This document shows, in pieces, positions 52,365-64,000 of a DNA stretch of 64,000 nt. This stretch comes from Diplonema japonicum (lineage: Eukaryota; Protista; Euglenozoa: Diplonemea): the NCBI GenBank assembly GCA_964019335.1, contig OZ025722.1, positions 62,001 to 126,000 on the forward strand, given 5' to 3'. The translations under genes were made by a program, and so were the position numbers. The notes beneath the pieces were generated by a model. The model was not told where the DNA came from. It worked only from the letters and a program-made list of their open reading frames with translations, and searched no databases. Positions within the stretch are counted from its first letter, which is position 1. Each line of letters begins with the position of its first letter.

Positions 52365-53204
52365 ATGCTAAATGACGATGCCCGCCCTGCTGATCGAGGC
52401 AAGAAGCGTTTTAGAGAGGCGCGAAAAGGGGCTAACGTGGTGTATACAGACCCGAGGAAGAGGATGCTCCGATTCGGGGCGGCGACAGAAAGCGACCGGA
52501 ACTCGGCCACAGCGACGGAGAAGGAACGGGTGAAGGCGCATCTAATCACCGCGGTGCAAAGACAAGTTGTAAGAAAAGCCATCGCAGGTGAACCCTTGGA
52601 CCTGAGCAACCTCGGAGGGCTGGGTTTATCCGCACCAGGCCCACCGCTAGTTAACGACACCCGAAAAAAAAAACCAGTCCAGAGCGTGTGTTCTTCACAA
52701 GATATTTTCTCGTTGTCGGCACGAACTCAGTCCGTTGCCCCGCAATCTGACGTCCCGGATTCAGAACAGTGGAAATTCGTTTACGACAAAGAAAAACTGA
52801 GCACGGCATCCACCGTGTCGAGTAAAGGAAGCCGGGTACGGTCTCTCATCGATAGGTGCCAAGACCTCAAGCGGGAAATACAGATAGAGAAGGACACCGC
52901 GTCCAAAACAAACAAGGCTATTGAACAGCATGCAGCTGCTATGAATTTGCTCGACCCCACCGACGCATCTCTCTTACAGGCTGTGCACAGCATCACGAAG
53001 AAAAATCCTAGAGCACGGGAGGAGATACGAAGGATGTGCGACCGCCATGACACTTACTCAGACGCTTCGACCTTGCCCGAAATCTGCACAAACCCGCCCA
53101 TCCCCGTAGCTCCATGCCACACAACCAAAAGACACTACATTGGGCAATACAAAATCAACAGGAGTTTGATCAAAGGAACTTCTTCAGTCTCGTCGCCGGT
53201 GTGA
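52365..53204 (+). CDS. Hypothetical protein, 279 aa
   Basis: ORF with coding-like composition in the + strand cluster. Confidence 0.7.
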   Translation: MLNDDARPADRGKKRFREARKGANVVYTDPRKRMLRFGAATESDRNSATATEKERVKAHLITAVQRQVVRKAIAGEPLDLSNLGGLGLSAPGPPLVNDTRKKKPVQSVCSSQDIFSLSARTQSVAPQSDVPDSEQWKFVYDKEKLSTASTVSSKGSRVRSLIDRCQDLKREIQIEKDTASKTNKAIEQHAAAMNLLDPTDASLLQAVHSITKKNPRAREEIRRMCDRHDTYSDASTLPEICTNPPIPVAPCHTTKRHYIGQYKINRSLIKGTSSVSSPV

Positions 53205-53339
53205 TCTTTGAGAGAAGGGGGGGGGGGGGGGGGTTGCGGGGTAAGACAACAGTTTACACTGTAATTTTAAACAAAAGATTTTAACATTTTTTTGCCCCCC
53301 CCCTTATTTTGTTTCTACCACTACCACCATAGGGACTCC

Positions 53340-53370
<31 letters not shown>

Positions 53371-53438
53371 TGTTTTTTTTGTTTCCTCATTTATCTCAAT
53401 CCCGTTTTTTTTTTCTTTCGTTTTTTTAATAAGCAAAA

Positions 53439-56400
53439 ATGGAGTTCACGGATGCGAAAAATATGAAAATCCCGCGGTTTAAAAATTTTAGGGATGAGTT
53501 GAAAGCGAACCTGGTGGCGTTCGAGAAGCGGAAAGACTGGGCGGATTTGACAAAGGCCATCGCAAACCTGCAGAAAACCATGATGAAGTACAAAGATGTC
53601 GGGGTGATGCCGGAAAAACTCCTCTTGTCGAAGCGCTTGGGACAAACCCTGAACATCTCTCTACCCAGCGGGGTGCACAAAAAAACCCTGGAGCTCTACA
53701 AAACCGTGTTTCAAATCGTCGGATCAAAATTGGAGGAAGACCTTCCCGTCTACGCACCAGGGCTTTTCAAGGTTTTCCCCGACGCCAGCATGGACATCAA
53801 GCCCCTTGTCTACGAAATCTATAAGGAGCATTTCCTGCCGCTCTCTTCCAGAAGCCTCCGGCCCTGCCTCGGAGGGCTGTTGTCCAGCATTCTCCCTGTC
53901 CTTGAAGAAGAGAATTCCGAGTTGTACCCCGACGTCTTGAGCCTCCTCCAGGCCATCCAGACAAAATTCTGCGACGACGGCATGCAAGGCTCATTCATGT
54001 TACATCTCTGGGAAACACTGAAATACAACGAACCGTCGAGGCTGGCGTGTTTGAACTACTTGCTAACGATTCTTCCAAGAACCACGAAGAAGCGGTCGGA
54101 GCCGGTCCTCACGGAGGAACTCCTTGGAGGGGCTCCGGAAGTGGCCGTTTCAGCCATGGTAGCCGTTCTGGGCAGCAACAAGGAAATGGTTCTACGAACA
54201 GGCTTGGACCTGCTCTCCAACAGCATGATGCTCCATGTACAAGACCAATTCACGGAGGCACAGAAAACCAAGCTGATAGAATGCGCATTGGTGCTTATGG
54301 GCAGGGAGGAGCTCCCGCTCACCAGACGCATCTCAAAATGGTTCTCCGGCGACGATAAACCCTGCCCAGAGTACTTCACGAAGAACTCCGCTGACAGAGT
54401 TTCCAAAGCGTACTCACGACTCATCGCAGGTGTTGGGGACAGCCCGCAGGCAGCGCATCTTGTTATCAAACTGAGCGAGCTGTTAAACCCTGAAGCACAG
54501 GAGGCAGCCATGCCGCAGTATTGCAAATTCCTGCTTAGCGGAGTCTGCAAACCGAGCGACGCGTTGCGTCCTCTCCGAGCCCACCTCTTGTTGGACTTCA
54601 TCGCGCAGAGCTTCGAGAATCCCAACGCATCTCCTGAAACCTTGAAAACCATTGTTGACGTGGCCACTGTTATGTCGGGCTACATCGAGGTCCGACAGAA
54701 GAACCATGAGAGGCTTGTCAAAGTCGTGCGTTCCGCTTTGGACTTCACAAAGCGCACTGTCTTATCGCCGTGCAGCGATTCCGAGGAAGCTTACGACCAG
54801 CTTATTGCAATGCAACACGCTATAAAAACCGTCACATTGATGACTAAGGCGTACACGGACGTGCTTTGCTCGCCTTTGTCTGTTTTCGAAGATCTTTTTA
54901 AATCATATCTGGACCTGGCGTGCCTGACGATCGATGCGCTGCAACAGCACAACGAGGAGGAAAGGATTACGGAGAAGAAGATGTACAAAGGTGTATCATC
55001 GAGCTCCGAGGTCAACGTTTTAACCATCGTGGTACTAGGGTACATAAAAGAAGGGCTCTCTGTTGTGAAGGACCGCAAGGAACAGCAGGAGCAGCGGCAA
55101 CAACAGCAAGAGGACCAACGTGAGCCGGAGTGGCTGACGAAGATGCTCGTTTTGTACAAACACGCGGACTGCAAGATGGGTCTGGAGTGCAGCGAAATAC
55201 TAGTCGACGTTCTGTGCTGCGAGAAACTACCGTCCAGCGCCGCTTACGAAGAAGAGTTGATACGGTACCTGTGGATCTGCCTGTCGGAACAAGATGAGTG
55301 TTTATACGCGAAATGCGAACAATTACTGAAGATTTGTAACAATGGAAAGAGGTGGCAGACGATATTTGATCAGATCTCGGTGGCTGACATGCGAAACGGC
55401 AGCAGCCTGACCGAGCAAGGGTTTTCGAGGTTCCTCAACATGTGGCACGCGCTAGAAGATCTCGGAGCACACGATCCGGGTCTTCTCCGCGAGCCTTTGA
55501 AACAAGCCCTTGAAACCCTTCAATCTGGCAACCCCACCGAGCGCAACAAAGGAGTGTCGTTTTTGCAACACGCAAGCGGGAGCATTGGACGGATCTTCGA
55601 CCCGTACCTATCAATGCTGTTCAACAGCCAAGCGGTGGCTGCCGATCCGAAATTCTTGGAGTACGTGTTGACTATCTTGCAGACGGTCATCGACAGGTGC
55701 CCGCAAGCATTCATCACACACATTATCGATACAGATGTGTCGGAGTCCATCTCGAAGAGTTATGAAGAGTACTCTAACAGCACCTCACCTCCAGGCACCT
55801 ACCTAGATGTCTTGGCAGGTATATGTGTATATTTAGTCAGCACGTCGATGAGCTCGCATGATGTGGACTTGTCCGTGCGGTCTGGGACGCTTCTCCTCTC
55901 GTTGATCCAAAGAGCCTCGAACTCCCCTCGGAACGCCAAATGCGTGAAAGTTTGCACCTCTTACTTCGAGACCTGTGTCAGAAGTTTGTCCGCGTCGCTT
56001 CTCCCCGAACCCGTTCCGGTTCTGTCGCTGTTGCTCGTGGATTGTATTTACGGGTTGGCTCGGTACATGCAGCTGAAGGCAGATTTCTCAGACCTGTTCG
56101 ATCTCGAGGATGGTTCTTCCAAGAGCTTCAACGGATGGATGTTGCCTAACACATCCGTGCTGAGCAGTTCAAACGGTGGGAACAGAACACCGTACCAAAT
56201 GCTGGTGTCGTTGTTGATCGACGGTGTAACATATGCTGCGAAGGACGAAAAGGCGGGGATCTTCAATTTGAAACAGTGGTGCACAGTCTACAAGAACTTC
56301 CTCCCGCTCTTCGGCGACATCGTTCAAGGACTGGCCGAGGCGTCGCATTCTCACTTCACACAGCTTCTGAACAACTGTCTGACAAAGGATGCGACCCCTC

Positions 56401-58158
56401 ACCAAATCCAGGTCATGGAAGAAATCCTCAACCTGATATCAACTCTGGGAACCTGGCTGCTGTCAATCCAACCCAAAAAGGACGCGATAAAATCGGAGAA
56501 CCAGTCCGCTTCGAATTTAATAACCAACTTCACCACCCTGTTCAAAGACACTGGAGCGAACGGCTCCGTATCAGGCGAACTGTTCGAAGACGCAAGCCCG
56601 TCTGAAATAGCAATGAAGCATTTCTGTCAGGGTTTCGACAGCTATCTTAAGGTGATCCACGGGCTCGAATGTGTTATACAAGACGAAGAAAAACCTTTCG
56701 CGATCCTGCGGCAAAAATCCCTACGCGTAGCGATGTCGAAAGTGCTAACGTCAATGTTCAAAGCAAACCCATGGCACTTCTTCAATGGTGTCATGTTCTT
56801 ATGGGCAAGCCATATTATGCAAAACAACTGGAGGCCGATTATCGAAGCTGAAGCGGATGTACATTACGTGGATTTACTGTTATTGGTTCAACCGCTCGGG
56901 GTGCGCGAGCTCACCGCAGGTATCATAGAGGTGACAAACGATCTCTCGAACAAGGTTAGAAACAGCATCAAACGCTCGCGCGACCAGGTGTTTGGAAATT
57001 ACGAGCTTTTCGGTGCGGACCTGCTAACACAATACATAACCTACGCACCCATTGACGCAATAGGAAGACTCGTCAAGGTGATGCCATCCTTGCTGTCTTG
57101 GATAAAGGATATGACGTCGGCGAACGCTGGTGCTTCCCACGCATTTTCTCACAGCACGTTTTTAAGGCTGCTTTGCAGTATCGTGACGAAGTTTACGGAG
57201 GTGATCAACACGCAAGGGAACCAATGGTCCAGCGTGTGTCGATCGTATCTACAAGACAAGAAAAGCTTCAAGGAGGTCTACGACACTTTTGCAAAACTTC
57301 TCGAGGCTGTTCCGCGGCTCATGGCAGCGAATGAACCATCCCCGCAGAGCTCCGTCGATATCATTAGCGCTGCGATGGATCTTATCACAGCTGATCTGAA
57401 GCTTATCAAAAAAACCTCTTTTTTGGGAACGTCTGAACGGATGTGCGGGCTCGTTGTCGGCATCACGCAACAGCATTTCTCAACGCTTTTTAAAATGGGC
57501 GAGGACAACCCTGACCGTGCGACACCGCTTCGGCGAATGCACATAAAACGGATCCACTCGGCATTGGCCTTCCTTACTGAAGCAGTGAGGACCTTCACGC
57601 CCGTCGGCATGCGGCCGCTCCGTCCCATTGTTCTGGATCATATTTCAGACACTTTATTCTTCAGGGTGGACCAGTTGACACTGTCTCTGTGGCGAACGCT
57701 GTTCTCCCTTCTTGTTGGGGGTTCTGACGCTGCTGTCAAGGAGATGATCGAAAACACTTTAGCGAAGATCCAGCTTCCCACTGGAATGGGTTCTGTCTTC
57801 AGCTCCGCTGAGAAGGAGGCCCAGAACAGAGCCAAGGGCTTGCGAAGGCTAGCGTTCTTGCTGACAAGCTCCGGGACTCACCTTTCTAACGCGCATTTGC
57901 TGGCAACGATTTTGGAAAAGCTGATCGAGTCTATGAAGTATGGCAAGAAAGGGGGAAGAGGGGGGGGGGGGGGGGGGGGATTATACAAAACAATGCAGAA
58001 ACTACTCCGAGTGGCCATTTGTTTCGCGGCAGATCCTGATCTGCTTCCGAGCCATTTTATGCCAAACGGACGCGCACAGTCTGGCGCCCTTCTGGCCGCT
58101 GATTGTAACGGAACTCGTATCAGTGTTGTCCAACCCCAAAGCAGAGAAGTATGTTGGG

Positions 58159-58191
<33 letters not shown>

Positions 58192-59327
58192 AGAACTCTT
58201 GTAATTGAGGCTTTGAAGGTGATTGACACTGCCCGGGTGGTGCTGCCAAGTGTATGTGTTTTCTTCTTTTTTTTTTTTTTTTTTTTTGTGGGGATAACAG
58301 AATTATGGAAATAAGAAGAAGTACATTCAGATGTGTGTGTTCGCTGTTGACCTCCTCGTCGATGTCGCCTGTTGCCTTTTTTTCCCTTCCAGACCAAAGG
58401 GGCCTTTCGGTCCCTTTCAACGAACACTCGGATCACATATCAGCATCTCTCTGCGTCTTCTCACATTGACAGGTGAACAGGAGGACGACTCGCGTCAAGA
58501 TGATTCTTTCAACAAGCTTTGTGCCACTTTGGTAGGATGGTTGCACTCATGCTCATTCATTTAAAGTCCATTTTCCGATGTCCTTTCCACATCGTATCGG
58601 GACTCGTGTTCGAAGGGGACAGAGGACACACACACACTTACAACCTGTAATCAAGTAGTCTCTTTTTTTAAGGGGGAAAAAAAAAAAAAAAAAAAAACAG
58701 GACTTCCATACTTACCGCTGGATTTTCATCGACTCAGAGGGTGGGTCCCATCCGACAGATGGATGTTACACCCCTTTGGTTGAAGTTCTTTCCAGGCTTC
58801 CACAGGCGCACGAAGGTGTTGGTGACGACGCGTCCGAGAACCCCGAGGCAGCCGTGGAGAGGGTCTTGAACGTCATCGCTGGCGTCAGGGTTGACGGGGA
58901 CGTGAAGGCCAGCGTACCGTTGCTCACAATACCCGAGAGGCTTTACGAAGATGTGTTGGGGGGTTCTGTATGCATAGAAGAGATAGGGAGGGCTCTGCAA
59001 GTGGTTGCCACAAAGCCATGTGAGGGTACCTATATCAAAGGTGTTTCGAGCCAACCTGGGAAACCCGATACCTCATATATCTTACGTGCGATGGAGGTGG
59101 ATCTTGCAGAGTTGCACCTGGCCTCTCCAGGCACATTTTTCCGGAATCTTGCTGCTCTGATGACCGTGTCTGCTGCAACCATAACGCGGTCCGACTCCCT
59201 GACCCACCAGCCTTTCCGTTACAATTCCCCTTCCTTTGCAGGAAGAGCGAGTGTTTCTGGTTTCGCCAGCGGTAAAGCATCAAGAACACCTCCTCCTCAG
59301 GTTCAGAGTCCTACCAGTGATGTGTGA
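53439..59327 (+). CDS. DOP1: Dopey/DOP1 trafficking protein, ~1777 aa; exons 53439-57937, 57999-58148, 58194-58251, 58701-59327
   Basis: Dopey_N motifs DWADL and SKRLGQTLNISLPSGVHKKTLELY. The spliced C-terminus reads ILEKLIESMK|NYSEW..ICFRAIL..LAPFWPLIVTELV..AEK|TLVIEALKVID..VLPS|DFHTYRWIF, matching the Dopey C-terminal pattern. Confidence 0.9.
57938..57998 (+). other. 61-nt GT-AG intron with poly(G)
   Basis: AA|GTATGG...poly(G)...ACAATGCAG|A; phase 2; restores the Dopey frame. Confidence 0.85.
58149..58193 (+). other. 45-nt GT-AG intron with poly(A)
   Basis: AA|GTATGTTGGG-poly(A)-CCAG|A. Confidence 0.85.
58252..58700 (+). other. 449-nt GT-AG intron, possibly two mini-introns around a cassette
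   Basis: AGT|GTATGT ... poly(A)-CAG|GAC; internal acceptor at 58300 and donor at 58655. Confidence 0.75.
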
Positions 59328-59555
59328 AGGGGGGGGGGGGGGGGGGGGATTTGCAAAAAAAAAAGAAAAAAAGAAGAGAAGGAACAAAAAAAACTTTACT
59401 ACCTACCCCCTTTATAGCTACCCTCTCCTCCTGTTTTGCCCCCCCCCCCCCCCCCCCTGCAAACTCCCAACGAATAGATTTTTTGAGAGTTTTACCCCCC
59501 CCTTTTTTTTCTGTTTTTGTTTTGTCCGTCGATCCTTTTTAAAAAAAAATATTAA

Positions 59556-61331
59556 CCCATAACACTCCAAGGCGCAAATATTTGTCGTTTTGAAAAATCG
59601 TTTTTTTCTCTAAGTACTTTTTCGTCCCCACGACTCCTGGATCTCCAAGAACGACTATAGCGAGGAGTTATTTTTAACTGCAATTCATGCTGCGCTGCAT
59701 CACTTTACCTTGTTATCCACCCACCAAGTGGGTCCCAAATCCGAGTAGATAGGCTAAAAACGAAAAATAACGGGTGTGCATACTGTGCCCAAATTGTTCC
59801 CAAAAAACGCAAAGGTAAAGCCAAAACAGCTACGGACGAGGTCCAACCTTCATGGGTAAGGGAGTTGGTACCCATAGAGACCATAAAATAGGCCAGTGGG
59901 GAGAAAAAAAGCTGTCCCGTGGTACGCAGCAACCTGACGACGCAAAATGGTTATTCCTTCGGTTTTTTTATAAGAAGCTAACAGACGTCATCCAAGAAGA
60001 GACAAACAAGCAAAAGGGCGCTGAGATTGATAAAATTTCGACCCAGGACTCCACCGCTTACTCGGATTGAGCATTGCGATGGGTTTACGGCGTGCCCAGA
60101 ATCAGCAGTCGTATTGGTCCACAAAATCCCCCTTTTCAGTAACACGATGCCCAGGAGACGCTGCTGGGAAATCAAATGTAGCCTCCACTTCACTCACACA
60201 GAAGAGTCAAACGGTGATGTGTTGTGAAGATACGAGGGTTTCTGGACAGAATTAGTGACAAGTGGGCAAAAGCAGCAGTACCAGGAAAATAATTAAGCAT
60301 TGACGAGACACTCGTACCTTCACGGGGCAATTGGGGGCTGCGGGTCTACTGTCCTTTCAAGCGTAAAAGATATGGCATAAAAATCTACTGCCTAAACTGC
60401 GTGAGCACGGGTTATCTTTTGTGTTTTCACATCCACGCCACCAAAATCGAGGGGCACGCACTTGAAGATTTCAGTGTTGTGGAAAAAGCGGGGCTGGGGT
60501 TAACAGAGCCTTTCCGGGGAAATGACAACACGGTAGTTTGCGATAGCTACTTTTTGACTGTGGGTCTGGCCGAAGCCCTGTGAAAGAACTGTGAGGGGCT
60601 TGCATTTCGTTGGGTGTTGCGGACTCTTCTGGTGGACCCTAGAAGTGACAATAGTTAACTGCCATGCACTTCAAATAAAATATGGTTCAGGGATGCCAAA
60701 GAGATACACAACCCTGGCTGCTTTAAAGAGCGCTTTCGAGAGAGCCTAATTTGATGGGTCCAGCGTTGCAAAAGCACCACTCCCGGCACCCAACTAGTGG
60801 TGCACACACACCCGATACCCCAGATTACACCAAACGTGACCGCTAGCCACTCAAAGGGGGCACCTCCAGGGTCTGCAGGTTGAAAGAATGCACAAAACGC
60901 ACAATCTACAAGTGCTACACCTGAAACCAACACCTCTGTCCAAATAAGTGCTTTTTTCGTACCACTCTTCCATCACCCCAAAAAGGCCTCTTGACGATTT
61001 CGAGGCCGATATTCCACCCGCAAATAGGCACTTCTCTCGGTCTGAGACATCTGAGGGGTCCTGATGCTGCCTTTTTTGTCCCAAGATGCTCAATTTACAC
61101 CCCCCCGTGCACAACCCATTTTGACATGGTCGTTTTTGAGCACCCTACGGCCATTCAACTCTTCATCCCCTTTGTATTTTTATTAATTTTTGAACTTTTT
61201 TTTTAATTTTCCTGGTCCAAAAAACCCGTTTTACCTGCAAACGGGGGTTGAATGCTGCCATTTTCCCCCTCAAATTATGAAAAGGAGCAAAAAAGGGACC
61301 CCTATGTAGATAGGCCCCGGAGTGTTATGGG
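59556..61331 (+). mobile_element. piggyBac DNA transposon, 1776 bp, defective
   Basis: TTAA TSDs (59552-59555, 61332-61335); perfect 13-bp TIRs CCCATAACACTCC/GGAGTGTTATGGG; transposase remnants inside. Confidence 0.93.
59940..60970 (+). pseudogene. Disrupted piggyBac transposase
   Basis: LSIDETLVPSRGNWGLRVYCPFKRKRYGIKIYCLNCVSTGYLLCF and VVCDSYFLTVGLAEAL match the first two catalytic-Asp motifs; stops and frameshifts elsewhere; boundaries approximate. Confidence 0.85.
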
Positions 61332-61445
61332 TTAAAAGAAAAAAAAAAGAAAAAAAATCCCTTTAGGGGGATGGGAGAGACATTATTAATGGTTAAATAT
61401 ACGGTGCTCATACTCACTATATTCGCCCCTTTTGCACTTAAGGTA

Positions 61446-61490
<45 letters not shown>

Positions 61491-62548
61491 AGGAAGGCCC
61501 TTACTCCCAGGTTCTTTTCATTGGCGCCATAAGAGGTAGCGTATATTTTGGCTACATTTATTTAATTCCAGAATCGATTTTTTTTTTTCTCTCTCTCTCT
61601 CAATAACAGAGAGAGAAAAAAAAAAGTGGGTTTGGGAAACCCAGAATGCAAAAAAAAAAAAAAAGTACTTTTTTTTTTGCAGTTGGACTTATGTGGTGTA
61701 TGTGTTTAAAAAAAAAAAAGGGAAAATGTGGCGTGAAGTAACAACAGGAAATGAGAGAGAGAAAATAATACTCTATTTACTGCCAAAGTAATGACCTTGC
61801 CATTGTCCTGGAAGGCTCTGAAATTACTCGCAACTTCTCCAAGTCGTGCCTTTATTTCCCCCCTTAACGATAGTAACAAAGTAATGCCATGGTTTTCGTG
61901 AAGAAGAGTAATTTCAAAAATAAAAAAAATAATAATCTTCTCACTCAAACGATCGAAATTTCGTCCCCCCCCCATTTTTTTTTCTTCCATGATGGGTGAT
62001 TGGTCCAAAGGCATCTTTTTTTTGCACTGAAACTGGCACCTCTCCTTCTTAATTTAAAAAAAAAGGAGAGAGGAAAAAAAAAAAAAAGAGAAAAACAAAC
62101 CGTTTTTTCCCCCCCTTCATGAATATACGTACAAGGAGAGAGAGAAAATAGAGCTTTTTTTTTTGAACTACTTCCCAACTTTCCCTGAGTAACCCTCCCA
62201 CTTTTTTTCCCTTCTCGTTCTTGCCCCCTCCTGTTTTTCTCATTATTCTTATATTTTTTTTAAGAGGCCAGAGAAGTAAATAAAAGAAGAGAAAAATAAA
62301 AAAAAGAGAACAAAGAGGGAGGAGGAGGAATGATGCGTTGCACGGGAAAAAAGAAGAAAAAAAAGACTTTCTGTTGTATAACTCCAGCCAAAACATTCGT
62401 GTGTGTGTGGGGGTGAAGAATAATATTTTTATGTTTTTCTTTCTATTCTTTTTTTTTATACATCCCCACACTCAAATATATAAATTGGCTGTTGTCTAGG
62501 TAAACAGGCGGTATGTAATGTAAGACCCTTTGTAATTCATCTGATAGC

Positions 62549-62583
<35 letters not shown>

Positions 62584-63023
62584 GACTCGCTTTTGCGCTT
62601 CGTGAGATCACAAGGATCTTTCTTTTTTTTTCACTAAAAAATAAAATTTGAGAAGGGGGGGGAAAAAAAAGGAAAGAAAAAAAGTTTGAGAAAGATTAAA
62701 AAAAGAGAATGGTCAAAAAAATAATAATAAAAAACTCAATCTGCGAAAAACACAGACTCCCCTACCCCCCCTGGACAGTCTATTTGTGTTTTCTCTCTTC
62801 ATACACCTGCTATACACTTATGTATTTTTCTTTTCTTTTTTTTTTTATACCCCGCGCCCAGCAGTTTTCCATTTTCTTTTTCTTCCTCCTTTTCTTTCTC
62901 GCTTGATTTTCTCTCTCCGGTTTTTTTTTTTTTTTTTTATTATTATTATTTTTTATTTCTCTTCATTTTCCCATTTTTAATTTTCTATCTGCAGAAACAA
63001 AAAAAAAAAAAAAAAAAAAAAAA

Positions 63024-63512
63024 ATGTTTTTGCGAATATCACAAACCAGAGGACTGAGAAAGCTCCTTCAGAGACGATGGGTGCAGCAACCGGGAGAGGT
63101 ACAAGAACCAAAGAAGGAAGACGGGGAGGCAAAAACAATCTGGGAGGACTTCGACACCGCAAAGGAGATTCACCAAGGGATGGCGACCGAAGGCTTCGAG
63201 GATGTAGAAATAAAACCAGAGCATTATGCAATGGGCGTCCGTGCGTTTGCCTACGGAACCATCCTTGCAGTTTTCGGTGTAGGGTGCACCAGCTACATTG
63301 GGGGTAGATACATGGGCTTCACCCACTGGCGAGACGCAATTTCATACCTGCGGAACAGCCCTGAACGAGCAGCTCTCAATGCAACAACTGAAGGCCTAAC
63401 AGTCTACCGGCATGACGTAGATCTCCTAGACCCCAGCACGTGGAGAGAAACATGGGATGCAATTGTCACTGATGTGCAAAAAATCGAGGATGAGAAAAAA
63501 AAAAATGCGTAG
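63024..63512 (+). CDS. Small membrane protein with mitochondrial-type presequence (possibly TMEM242/DUF1358-like), 162 aa
   Basis: MFLRISQTRGLRKLLQRRW; TM segment AMGVRAFAYGTILAVFGVG; pyrimidine tract-CAG-poly(A) leader. Confidence 0.6.
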   Translation: MFLRISQTRGLRKLLQRRWVQQPGEVQEPKKEDGEAKTIWEDFDTAKEIHQGMATEGFEDVEIKPEHYAMGVRAFAYGTILAVFGVGCTSYIGGRYMGFTHWRDAISYLRNSPERAALNATTEGLTVYRHDVDLLDPSTWRETWDAIVTDVQKIEDEKKKNA

Positions 63513-63686
63513 GCTTGGAATTTTTTTTTTTTTTTTTTTTTTTCTACCCCGTCCCACACTTGTCAAAAAAAAAGGGGGAGAAGAGGTGGGAAAAAAAAAG
63601 TGAGTGGAGGGGGGTGACACCCCCCCCCCCCATTCCCTTTTTTTTGGAAAAAAAAAATTAAATAAAAAAAATATAAAAAAAATTAA

Positions 63687-64000
63687 ATGACGACCTCTAT
63701 CGCAACATTGATGAAGCAGCGTGAGGAAGAGTTGCGCAAGGCAGCGGAGGAATCCCGGGCGAGAGCGGAAACACATCGAAGGCAAGCCGCGCAGGCGGTT
63801 CAGCAACAGGAGGAGCATTACCAGCTGCTCCTGGGCGGGTTGGGCGGGATACGGGAAATGGAAATACCAGCAACCGACACTCCATCAATACCCCGATCGC
63901 CCGCTAAAACTTCAAGAGAACCACGCCATGCTGCACCCACTACCAAACCCCGAACGACAAGAGGAACAACACCAAAATCAAAACGCAAACCAGCAGCGAA
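63687..64000 (+). CDS. Hypothetical protein, 3'-partial
   Basis: ATG after an A-rich leader; open to the window end (MTTSIATLMKQREEELRKAAEES...); not in the ORF track because it has no stop. Confidence 0.65.
   Translation, partial: MTTSIATLMKQREEELRKAAEESRARAETHRRQAAQAVQQQEEHYQLLLGGLGGIREMEIPATDTPSIPRSPAKTSREPRHAAPTTKPRTTRGTTPKSKRKPAA

Noticed and set aside
57938-58208. ORF-track C-terminus of the Dopey protein (YGKKGGRGGGG...KKKKNQNSCN)
   Set aside because: It reads through introns; the spliced frame gives the Dopey-like C-terminal motifs instead
1-64000. tRNA, rRNA, snoRNA or spliced-leader RNA genes
   Set aside because: None recognisable by eye; a covariance-model search would be needed to exclude them

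Overview
Eukaryotic, protist-like genomic window. About 25 protein genes all lie on the + strand with intergenic gaps down to ~64 nt, and non-coding DNA is dominated by long A/T/G/C homopolymers. Several start codons follow a pyrimidine tract, an AG and an A-rich leader. This layout resembles a euglenozoan (diplonemid-like) directional gene cluster; the taxon is inferred, not proven. Recognisable genes: a kinesin (partial), a BNR-repeat secreted protein, a degenerate DEAD-box/RS protein, a giant coiled-coil protein with an ART-like domain, a TPR protein, BCS1, B-box proteins, a TSNAXIP1-like protein, a GT77-like glycosyltransferase, an AA10 LPMO fused to two CBM1-like modules, a Ser/Thr dehydratase and Dopey/DOP1. 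Several ORF-track breaks and poly-Lys runs are explained by 43-64 nt GT-AG mini-introns, mostly with a poly(A) or purine tract instead of a polypyrimidine tract; splicing them reveals a hidden 4-exon gene. Mobile DNA: a LINE with intact APE-RT ORF2, a TTAA-flanked piggyBac, a hAT-like MITE, a 184-bp-arm palindrome and a hairpin/inverted-repeat element. The strongest candidate for a novel system is the LINE: its ORF1 and ORF2 are in frame and separated by one UAG in the tobamovirus-type readthrough context CAA-UAG-CAA-UUA.
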